From a virus, in the IMG/VR virus record IMGVR_UViG_3300006201_000016, positions 4,457 to 68,456 of that record: a stretch of 64,000 nucleotides of DNA, one strand, 5' to 3'. Under the pieces are notes generated by a model. That model searched no databases, was not told the DNA's origin, and saw nothing but the letters and a program-made list of their open reading frames with translations. Positions 10,195 to 19,000 of the stretch are shown here, in pieces (the first letter of the stretch is position 1; the number at the start of each line of letters is the position of its first letter). The position numbers and the translations under genes were made by a program.

Positions 10195-10559
10195 ATCTTT
10201 ACGGACCCGATCAGCTTTCGCGTGCGATTAATTACAACTTTACCGTCTGCGTTTTCCTTGATTGAGACCTTGTCGCCGCAGGCTATATCATAATTTGCCT
10301 TGCGAACATCTCCCTGCAATACCTTAAGCGCCGTATCCTCTATCAGCGCGCATTCGAGTTTCGACGCTTCGCTGAATCCGTAATCGCCCGCCCCCTTACC
10401 GAACAGCTCTTTTACCTTTTCCTTGGCATCCTTCTTGCGACGCTCAAATGTCGCTTTCTCGCAACTGCATTCTGCTGTTGCCTGCTCGTCGACTCCTTGC
10501 TGACTTTGTGCATCGAATACTTCTTTCGCTTGTCCGCAATACTTGCATATTCCTGTCAT
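10191..10559 (-). CDS. Hypothetical zinc-binding protein
   Basis: GICKYCGQ...ECSC motif. Confidence 0.65.
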   Translation of the reverse strand: MTGICKYCGQAKEVFDAQSQQGVDEQATAECSCEKATFERRKKDAKEKVKELFGKGAGDYGFSEASKLECALIEDTALKVLQGDVRKANYDIACGDKVSIKENADGKVVINRTRKLIGSVKI

Positions 10560-10562
10560 TTT

Positions 10563-10952
10563 CTAAACTCCTTCTTCTCCTATCACTGGTAGATAATTCT
10601 TGCCGAACTCAAACATAAACATCTTGCGCGCCTGCACAGCTGTCAGACCCTCACCACGCATAAGTGCTTCAAATTTCATCTGTCCCATTTCCTTGTACTG
10701 CTGTACAAGTGCAAGGTCTTCTTCTGTCCGCGGATTCGTCACTCTCTCGTGCACATCGTGTGACAAATTCACCTGTAGCCCGTATTTTATAGACTTCTGC
10801 CTGTTTGCTCCGCCGAAAATCTCGTGCCGCTCCGCATATGGCGCACCAGTCTCTGCGCAGAAGCGCATAGGCTTGTCCTTCCAGCCATTGCACAGCAGCT
10901 TGTTTTTCTTCTTTTTCGGTTTTGGTACTGCACAGCTTTCGTAATAACACAT
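10563..10952 (-). CDS. HNH/Ref-like nuclease
   Basis: ERHEIFGGANRQKS.KYGL.V.L...H and FGKNYL; paralog of 41478-41780. Confidence 0.7.
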   Translation of the reverse strand: MCYYESCAVPKPKKKKNKLLCNGWKDKPMRFCAETGAPYAERHEIFGGANRQKSIKYGLQVNLSHDVHERVTNPRTEEDLALVQQYKEMGQMKFEALMRGEGLTAVQARKMFMFEFGKNYLPVIGEEGV

Positions 10953-10959
10953 TTGCTCA

Positions 10960-11160
10960 CTACCTCGTTTCTTCTTGTTTAACTGCTTCTACTCTTTCGT
11001 AGCCTATTGCACGCATACAATTATCGGTGAATCTCTGTGCAATAACAGACTTCTCCTCATCAGGAACAAGCTCCCACGGTGTTTCTATTCTGTTTCCACT
11101 TTCATCGAATGTTACCATTATTAACCTTATCGTTATTGCCATTTCTTCACCTCCTTTCAA
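10960..11160 (-). CDS. Hypothetical protein
   Basis: Second gene of the leftward operon; start probably 11142 after AGGAGGTG. Confidence 0.55.
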   Translation of the reverse strand: MKGGEEMAITIRLIMVTFDESGNRIETPWELVPDEEKSVIAQRFTDNCMRAIGYERVEAVKQEETR

Positions 11161-11191
11161 ATCGTATGCATTCTTTAATTTGTCCTATACA

Positions 11192-11377
11192 TCATCTACT
11201 TGCAGTTCCTTTCCTATGACCCTCTTCATAGATTTCTATACCTGACCTTATGAGAAATCTTAGGATTTCAGAATACGATGATCTGCAAAACTTTTCCGAA
11301 CGTCTAAGTTCCACCACTTTGTTTTCTAAATCTGCAGGAAGCGTCAAAGACATTCTCTTTGTTATAGTTTCATTCAT
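11192..11377 (-). CDS. Ribbon-helix-helix regulator (Cro-like role)
   Basis: KRMSLTLPADL beta-strand followed by SYSEILRFLI helix. Confidence 0.65.
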   Translation of the reverse strand: MNETITKRMSLTLPADLENKVVELRRSEKFCRSSYSEILRFLIRSGIEIYEEGHRKGTASR

Positions 11378-11380
11378 AAC

Positions 11381-11504
11381 TTCACCTCATTTTTCACCAA
11401 TTCATCTTTTTCTTGATTATATTTCATCATTTCACCAATGTCAAGATGTTTTTTGATTTTTTGGTGAAATATTTATTTACACCTTTACATCTATGGTGTA
11501 TAAT
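11381..11504. promoter_or_regulatory. Divergent promoters with T(T/A)CACC operator repeats (phage A switch)
   Basis: Minus strand TTGACA(11444-11439)-17-TATAAT(11421-11416); plus strand TTTACA(11476)-17-TATAAT(11499); six T(T/A)CACC half-sites in both orientations. Confidence 0.8.
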
Positions 11505-11526
11505 CATAGAAAAGGAGGAAGTAAAG

Positions 11527-11883
11527 ATGACTACCGAAAGACAGAGATTTTCAATCACATTGGATGACGATTTATATAATAAAGTCTCAAGTTTCCGTTA
11601 TAACAATCGTATAAACACGCAAACAAAGGCTGTTGTTTCTCTTCTGCAACTTGGCCTTAAAACATTAGAAGCCGATGAAACTGCTAATGTGATTTCTGAT
11701 AATGACTTGAAAATTATCAAAAAATACCGTGCTCTCGATAAGCACGGCAAAGAAGTTATTGATTTTTTATTGGATAAAGAATACGAACGCTCTTCTTTAG
11801 AGCATAAGCAGCCCGATGAATTCGGCTTCACTTCCGAAGAAGATCTTATCGTAATACCAACTCCACATACCAAAGCAAAATAA
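11527..11883 (+). CDS. Ribbon-helix-helix regulator (repressor-like)
   Basis: QRFSITLDDDL N-terminus and KYRALDKHGKEVIDFLL C-terminal domain typical of phage repressors; AAGGAGG RBS. Confidence 0.65.
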   Translation: MTTERQRFSITLDDDLYNKVSSFRYNNRINTQTKAVVSLLQLGLKTLEADETANVISDNDLKIIKKYRALDKHGKEVIDFLLDKEYERSSLEHKQPDEFGFTSEEDLIVIPTPHTKAK

Positions 11884-11895
11884 AGGAGTATCAAA

Positions 11896-12558
11896 ATGAA
11901 AAAGAAGGAATTTAGAATTATTGCAATAATACTTATCGTTGTTTTTACCATTCCCCTCGTATCTCTTGCACATAGCGGCAGGACCGACAGCAGCGGCGGC
12001 CACAGAGATAATAAAAACGCGAGCGGACTTGGAAGTTATCATTATCATCACGGATATTCGGCTCATCTGCATCCGAATGGTGTATGCCCTTATTCATCTT
12101 CATCATCCTCTACTTCAACAAAGAGCACCTATGTATCCTCAACATCGCAGGCAAGGAATACAGCTGTAAAGACTTCATACACACGTCCTTCATATCCAAT
12201 ATGGGTAAATGGTGAAAACTTAAATAATATGCTTGGATATTATCCTATAGTTATAAACAGTGTTACATATGTTCCATTATCCTCTGATATTATAGTTGCT
12301 CTGAATTTAAGCGGTGGGTGGAGAAATGAAACCGAAGGTATGGTAATGACATCAAAAACTGATACAGTTTACGTTGAATACGAAAGCGAAGAACTCGAAT
12401 TCTACAGAAGCACAACATACATTTTGGATTATACGACTAATACATATCACACTTATTCCTGTAATTATTATGATTTACAATATTGCGATGTTTTTTCAAA
12501 AGATTTTCTTACAAAAGTTGATCCAAAACCAAGCGCTTGCCCTTATTGCATAAACTAA
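11896..12558 (+). CDS. Exported YHYH-domain protein
   Basis: Signal peptide, HSGRTDSSGGH...YHYHH, Ser/Thr linker, C-terminal Cys motifs. Confidence 0.8.
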   Translation: MKKKEFRIIAIILIVVFTIPLVSLAHSGRTDSSGGHRDNKNASGLGSYHYHHGYSAHLHPNGVCPYSSSSSSTSTKSTYVSSTSQARNTAVKTSYTRPSYPIWVNGENLNNMLGYYPIVINSVTYVPLSSDIIVALNLSGGWRNETEGMVMTSKTDTVYVEYESEELEFYRSTTYILDYTTNTYHTYSCNYYDLQYCDVFSKDFLTKVDPKPSACPYCIN

Positions 12559-13019
12559 GATATGATCAACACGGTTTATAACGAATAATTTAAGGACCCG
12601 ATTTATGCTTTGAATTAACGGAGTAGTATTATTTGTGTTATGTGATTGAAATTATTATTTATATACATTACTTTGGTACTTCTTATGACAATTGCATAGA
12701 CTCGTGGATCGTAAAATTCTATATACATTACTGCGAACATAAAACACACCTTCCTTTTCAGTTCGGGTCCCATATATTATTACTGCAATTACATAAGTTC
12801 GTTACATATAATACTATCGCAGCAATCGCTACCATATTTCAATACGACGAAAATTTTAACTAAATCGTCATCACAAATATAGTTAGTATAAAAAGTTTAG
12901 TATAAGAGTTTCAATTAAAATCAAAAAAATAGTTATATTTATAAATAACCTGCGTGAAAACGAATGCCAAAAGGCTATAATGATACAACCCTGCTAAAAG
13001 TAAATTTAAGGAGCATTAT

Positions 13020-14447
13020 ATGAAAACCGGAGCAGCATACATACGAGTCAGCACCGATGATCAGCTTGAATACTCACCTGACTCTCAAATTGAAAAAATT
13101 AAAGAATATGCCCTGCGTAACAACATAAAGATAGACCCTCAATTTATCTTTATGGACGAGGGTATCTCCGGACGAACAGCAAAAAAGCGCAATGCTTTTA
13201 ATGAAATGATAGGTCTTGCCAAGACTATACCCCGCCCTTTTGATGTCATTCTTATATGGAAGTTCTCACGATTTGCAAGAAATCAAGAAGAAGCCATACT
13301 CTACAAAAATATGCTTCGTAAAAAACTCGATATAGATGTAATAAGCGTCTCCGAGCCACTCATCGAAGGTCCGTTTGGACAGCTCATCGAACGCATCATC
13401 GAATGGAGTGACGAATACTACTCAATCAACCTCGGTGAAGAAGTTAAACGTGGAATGACCGAAAAAGCAAAACGCGGCGAAACCCAAACGTCCCCTGCTT
13501 ATGGCTACATCAAAAAGCCCGGAGAAGAACTGCAAATATATGAAGATGAAGCGAAAAATGTTCGCTATATTTTTGATGCCTATCTTACCGGTAGCACTCC
13601 ATTTGCAATAGCAAGGCGCCTAAATGATATAGGTGCAAGAACAAAACGCGGCAACAGATTTGATAACAGACAAATTGAATACATATTAAATAATCCTATA
13701 TATAAAGGATATGTACGCTGGACACCGCAGAAAACAGTATCAAGACGCATTTACGATGACCCCAACACAATAATCGTAAAATCCACACACGAGCAGATAG
13801 TAAGTGAAGATATATGGAATAAAGTACACGAAAAATATATATCCGAAAAAGCATACAAAACTCGTAAATCACGTCCTGCAGATACAAAAAAACATTATCT
13901 TTCTGGTATACTTAAATGCGGAAGCTGCGGATCCACCCTTGTGTACTCTGCGGCTACTCGCGGTTTTCAATGCTATAAGTACTCTCACGGCCAATGTGAA
14001 GTCTCACATTACATAAGCGAACAAAAAATAGAAAATGCCTTGCTTTCAGCACTCATGCAGCTTTCAATGCCCGGAGTATATATATCAACCATATCGACTT
14101 CAAAAAGAGAGCAAATAGAACGCACTTTAAAGGAAAAAGAAATCGAGCGTTATGAAGCTATGCTCGTAAGGGCCAAAGAGGCCTATTTGAGCGGCTTTGA
14201 CAATCTTGATGAATATAATACTACAAAGACAAGAATACTCGCTGAAATCAAACGTATACAATCTGAAATGCCGGTAGAACAACCGAAAGCAACACAGGAA
14301 GAAATCAAAAATAGAATAACCGGCATTATAGACATTATTAAAAGCAACACAAGTATTGCAGAAAAAAATACTTTTCTTTCAAACAGCATAGAAAAAATCG
14401 TATTCTCACGCCCCGAAGAAAGCATCAGCATATTTTTTTATGGATAA
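13020..14447 (+). CDS. Large serine recombinase (integrase, phage A)
   Basis: YIRVST catalytic Ser, SRFAR, recombinase domain, zinc ribbon CGSCG. Confidence 0.95.
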   Translation: MKTGAAYIRVSTDDQLEYSPDSQIEKIKEYALRNNIKIDPQFIFMDEGISGRTAKKRNAFNEMIGLAKTIPRPFDVILIWKFSRFARNQEEAILYKNMLRKKLDIDVISVSEPLIEGPFGQLIERIIEWSDEYYSINLGEEVKRGMTEKAKRGETQTSPAYGYIKKPGEELQIYEDEAKNVRYIFDAYLTGSTPFAIARRLNDIGARTKRGNRFDNRQIEYILNNPIYKGYVRWTPQKTVSRRIYDDPNTIIVKSTHEQIVSEDIWNKVHEKYISEKAYKTRKSRPADTKKHYLSGILKCGSCGSTLVYSAATRGFQCYKYSHGQCEVSHYISEQKIENALLSALMQLSMPGVYISTISTSKREQIERTLKEKEIERYEAMLVRAKEAYLSGFDNLDEYNTTKTRILAEIKRIQSEMPVEQPKATQEEIKNRITGIIDIIKSNTSIAEKNTFLSNSIEKIVFSRPEESISIFFYG

Positions 14448-14449
14448 TT

Positions 14450-14491
14450 ATATGTTATTACCATCCGGACCACCGAACGTCAATAACATAT
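14450..14491. mobile_element. Putative intact attP of the serine integrase
   Basis: 10-bp inverted repeat ATATGTTATT/AATAACATAT around a 22-bp core, immediately after the integrase stop. Confidence 0.7.
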
Positions 14492-14492
14492 T

Positions 14493-14522
14493 ATAAAGCC
14501 GAGCATTTTTGCTCGGCTTTAT
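14493..14522. terminator. Bidirectional intrinsic terminator
   Basis: ATAAAGCCGAGCA-tttt-TGCTCGGCTTTAT between convergent genes. Confidence 0.85.
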
Positions 14523-14524
14523 TT

Positions 14525-14644
14525 CTAATTTGGTGTAGATCTTCTATGACCCGACACTTTTGTTCCATCTGCCCTTTTATATGGTTTTACCGGAACAATT
14601 TTTTTCTTCTGTACTCCTCGAGTACTCGTTTTGGTTTTAGCCAT
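14525..14644 (-). CDS. 39-aa basic microprotein (V.V.PY.R.DGT.V.GH.RS.P motif), not in ORF track
   Basis: MAKTKTSTRGVQKKKIVPVKPYKRADGTKVSGHRRSTPN with AGGAGG RBS. Confidence 0.7.
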   Translation of the reverse strand: MAKTKTSTRGVQKKKIVPVKPYKRADGTKVSGHRRSTPN

Positions 14645-14655
14645 TAAGGTTCCTC

Positions 14656-14793
14656 CTACTTGTAAATTGGGATAATGAATGCTTTCTTTCCATAGTCTTT
14701 AGCGTATATTCTTACACCATTTGACATTTTAGATGCTCTGAAAATGTACCTTATTGGCTTTTCTCCAAGCAATCTTGTTTTTTTATTATTCAT
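14656..14793 (-). CDS. 45-aa basic microprotein (YIFR...YAKDYGKKAF.IP motif), not in ORF track
   Basis: MNNKKTRLLGEKPIRYIFRASKMSNGVRIYAKDYGKKAFIIPIYK; its stop overlaps the RBS of the next microgene. Confidence 0.7.
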   Translation of the reverse strand: MNNKKTRLLGEKPIRYIFRASKMSNGVRIYAKDYGKKAFIIPIYK

Positions 14794-14956
14794 TTCAAAC
14801 TCTTACCTTTCCGGCTCGAAACAAAACTCTTGCAAAATAGCTTACAATGTGTTAAGCTACTATTATGTACTTAGAATTCGGACCGTGCGAGCCATGTGTC
14901 CAGAATGTTGATTGCGCCAACAATCAACTGCTATTTATTAAAAAATAAGTGGGATT

Positions 14957-15478
14957 TTATATCCTTCTTATTTTTTTATGTTGATAATTTGCTGCCTTTC
15001 GTGAAACCCCGCATTTCACTGATATATACTCAGGATTTTCATTATAGATTAATTTACGCAGCATAAGGAATTCTCCTGCAAATACATCCGCTTGCCATTC
15101 AGGATTTTCATACACCTTAACTTCTTCTGACCCCCTTGCAAAACAAATAGAAACATCATTATGCAGAATGTAATGAGCCAGCTCGTGTGCTAAGGTAAAT
15201 CTGTCTCTTCCATTTCCTTTAACAGCACCATTATACACACTTTCTTTTATTATCATTATGTCTTCATCCGGATATGTAACTGCCATAGCACTCATATTTT
15301 CATCCGGAATCACTATAATATCGAATTGGGGAATCAATTTTTTAAGCGTTATTTCCACAACCTTCATAATATTGACATAGTAAACATCATCATCTATTCC
15401 TAAAAGTTTTCTTACCATATGAGCAATATTAGCAATTTGTTCTCTTGATAAAGGCGCCGCCTTATATATTTCTCCCAA
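14957..15478 (-). CDS. ImmA/IrrE-family Zn metallopeptidase (CapP-like)
   Basis: RDRFTLAHELAH (HExxH) and EWQADVFAGEFL. Confidence 0.9.
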   Translation of the reverse strand: MGEIYKAAPLSREQIANIAHMVRKLLGIDDDVYYVNIMKVVEITLKKLIPQFDIIVIPDENMSAMAVTYPDEDIMIIKESVYNGAVKGNGRDRFTLAHELAHYILHNDVSICFARGSEEVKVYENPEWQADVFAGEFLMLRKLIYNENPEYISVKCGVSRKAANYQHKKIRRI

Positions 15479-15496
15479 ACATATCCCTTCCCTTCT

Positions 15497-15850
15497 TTAT
15501 TCTTCATTTAAAATACTACAAATAATTCTCTTGCTTTCCGAATTCAATTGTTCAAACTTACGAGCAAATGACAATACCAACTTTCTGTCATCACTCTGTA
15601 AACTCTCTAATTGAATCTTGATTTGTCGCTGTGAATCTTCAATTGCCTTTTGCAATTCCGATGCAGCTACTTCAGACAGTTCGTATACATTAACTATTTT
15701 TTCATACCAACCATCCGGAACATTCTTACGTCCATTTTCAACCGCGGACAGGAACGAAGCAGCTACCCCCAACTTTTGAGACATATTTGCAAGAATCTCA
15801 TCATTATCAATTCTTAGTTTCCTGCATACCTTTCCGAAATCCGTCAACAT
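15497..15850 (-). CDS. XRE-family HTH regulator (CapH-like)
   Basis: MLTDFGK..RKLRI...LSAVENGR HTH and C-terminal FARKF; TTGACA-16-TATAAT upstream at 15922-15895. Confidence 0.85.
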   Translation of the reverse strand: MLTDFGKVCRKLRIDNDEILANMSQKLGVAASFLSAVENGRKNVPDGWYEKIVNVYELSEVAASELQKAIEDSQRQIKIQLESLQSDDRKLVLSFARKFEQLNSESKRIICSILNEE

Positions 15851-16031
15851 TTCATTTCTCCTCCTAAACCATATAAAAAATATATGATAATTTTATTATA
15901 TCCATTTTTAACCTTTTGTCAATCTATTTTTCTGCTATTTTTTAGAAAAATATCAACCTATTTAAGGTTAATAAATTTTCAACTTCATATAACTAAAGGC
16001 AAGGTATCTCCAAACACCCCGCCTTTCACTC

Positions 16032-19000
16032 CTACCTATACGGATTGTTCTTCGCATTTGGACACGCTATCTCAAACATCAGTGCCTTCTTCGTCTCAGA
16101 AAGTCCTGAATCATCAAGCACCGCCCTAACCTCTTTCTGCGAAATACTGTGATTTCCGTCCGCATCAAAGCTGTTAAGCAAACTCTTATACTCCGAAGCA
16201 CTCATACCGAGCGGCCTAAGCTTCTTCCTGTAAAACTCCTGCTTTTCTTCACTCATATCGGAAATTTCAGGAATATACTCAGCCTTATATCCGGCATACG
16301 CCCTATCGGATCCTGCAAGCGCCTCTTCTGCAATGGCATTTATCTGTTTACGCAGCTCCCGCTGCGCTTCACTCTTTTCCTTGCTGTTCGGCAGTGTCGC
16401 AAGCTCGCGCTCCCTCTTCCTCAGATCTGACATTTCTTTCGAGGCCTCAAGATAATAGCTGTACATCTTATCTTCAGGCGTCCGCTGCCACGACTCCGCG
16501 CTGCCGCTCATATCAATATGATTTCTCTCCTTGTTTATGCTGTCCATAGCACTGTAAAAATCATTCTGAATGTTATTGCTATACACATTATCAGCAACAA
16601 ACGGACCCGTAACAACCTTTTCAAACACATTGCCGCCCTCCGTCGTCGCCGGAATAAGCACATCACCTATTATACCCGTATAACTATCAATAATATAGTC
16701 AATCTGCTTCGGAGAAAGCCCCTCGCCGTTATTTATACCAAGCTCCGCCGCCGCGCTGCCAAGCCACTTTGCTACCTCAGAAGTTTTCTCATCATACTGT
16801 TCATACGCATACAAATCCTTTAGCCTGTCCGGCACAATCGTACGCCCCGCAAAATCCTTGTTCTGCGGCAGATAATAAACCGCAGGCGCAAGAATATTAT
16901 TCTCGACAGGACTCTGCGGCGCAAAATTCGTCGCCACCGTATTTCCAAACCCGCGGAAAGCCTCATCGTCGCCGCCCATATACCTCAGCATTCTCTCCGG
17001 CAGCACTGAAAACAGTACCCCTGCTTCTCTGCTCTTCGGAATCCTCACAAACTTTCCGTCACTGTTTGGAATATAAAAGCAGTAATATGTATCCTTCGTG
17101 CGGTCATCAAGTCTGTTATACGCCTCCTTATGGTATGCCTGATTATAAAGATGAAGCGATACCGTCGGTATCGAAAGCACCATAGCCGCCTTCGCCGCAG
17201 TCGCAGGACTTGAACCCATAGAGCGGAAAAATTTATCAATACCCTGCACCGCAGGATTCAAATACGGCACAAATTTATCAACCGTCTTTGCGATATCTCC
17301 GGATCTTCCGAAGTTTACAGTCACTTCACCCGAATTATAAAGAGCCCTTTGAATATCATCGTACGAAGCATTCTTAAGTCCGCCCTCTGACCTCTTCAAA
17401 GTACCAAGATATTCTCCGTACCTCGGTGCCGCTTCCGTCAATTCATTTATTGCTGTAACAAGCTCAACAGGTTTGGAAAGCTTCTTCCGTAGTCCCTTCG
17501 GCGCACCGAGTCCGCCTTCCACATTAAAGTATCCGCCCTGCTTGCCTCCAAGCGCCACATACTCCTGAAACATCGGATCGTTTTTGACAATGCCTTTTGT
17601 GGCGTCAAACATATTCTTCATAAACTTAAATATATTGTTCTCCGTACCCTGTATATAAGCTGTCGGAACATCCCTTATCGCATTTCTTACGGCAAAAAAC
17701 GGATTAAGCCCTGTTATGAGCGCCTTAAAAGGTCCCGACCAATACTTATTTACAATATTAAGCATTTTAGTCGCAGTCTCATCCGACGGATTCCTCTGCA
17801 GCGTATTAAGCGCATTGTATATCTCCTCATTCACATTCATACGCACAGGCTTTCCGGTTTCCATAGCTACAACATAATAGTTTCCCTTGATATCTTTGCC
17901 CATAAGATTATCAAGCACATTGTCCATTGCGTCAAGCCCTTCTTCATTTAGAAGCTCGCTGCTGTTTTTTATTATCGTATTTTCATACTTCGCTATATTC
18001 CCGTCGGCAAGCTTTATCGCACCTTCAAACTGATCAGGATTCTTCCTTACCATATCAAGAATCGCCAGATTAAGCTCATTCATTCTCGCCGCCCTCACAG
18101 CCTTTTCCGTATGAATAGCAAGCGCAACATTCGGCGCAATTATAGACTTATTGCCGCCCTTTGCCTCTTTTACCATTTGCGCCGCGCTTATAACTTTCTT
18201 ATTGAATCCCTCTGTATTAGTTACACCGTCTCTCATCACAGGCACATAGTTACGGTACATCTTCTTAAGCTTTTCGCCGAGTTCTTTTGATATAAGCCCC
18301 GATTTCACATACCATTCATCAATCAGAACATCGTTATTCGCATATACAAAATCGCTGAGCGTCTTAAACTGAGGATACATTTTTTCAAAACTCTTTACAG
18401 CACTTCTACTTTCAGCAGCACTCACATTATCGAGTATCCCTTTACCCATCGGTCCTCTTTCTATATTTACCTTATGTAAAAGATACTCATTAAAAGCGTT
18501 CTTATCGGCCACCGAAGCAAAAACATCATCAAGCGCCATAACAACACCGTCAATCGAAGGAGCTATATTCCTGCCTGCCATATCCACCATACCGTTATGC
18601 AGTATACTGTCCGCCGTTCCTTTCGATTTACGCATATTTGAGGAAAGTATCTTCACTTTTTCATCGAGCCTCGCCAAAGGATAGAGATTGTCCACTGTCC
18701 CTGTATACAACTTGCGTGAAAAATCAAAAAGCCTTTTTTTTACACTTTCCGCAGCAGGTTTACTTTTTACGCTCATCTGATCTGCCACCATATTTTCTAT
18801 AAGAGGAACATCTTTCTTGACATTCTCAATTTCTTCTGATAACATAGCATTAAAAGTATTCCCTGTATTAGCATACGAGTATGACTCAGGAAGCTTTTGC
18901 TGTAATGAGGCTCGTAGCGTGCGGGGGTGCTTTTTTTTATACCTTTCATTATATTTGGCAGTGCTGATACCCCACATATTTTTAAATTTTATGGATTTCT

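Noticed and set aside
12560-13000. Gene or ncRNA in the AT-rich gap before the serine integrase
   Set aside because: The 76-aa ORF has no motif support and I could not identify convincing structure
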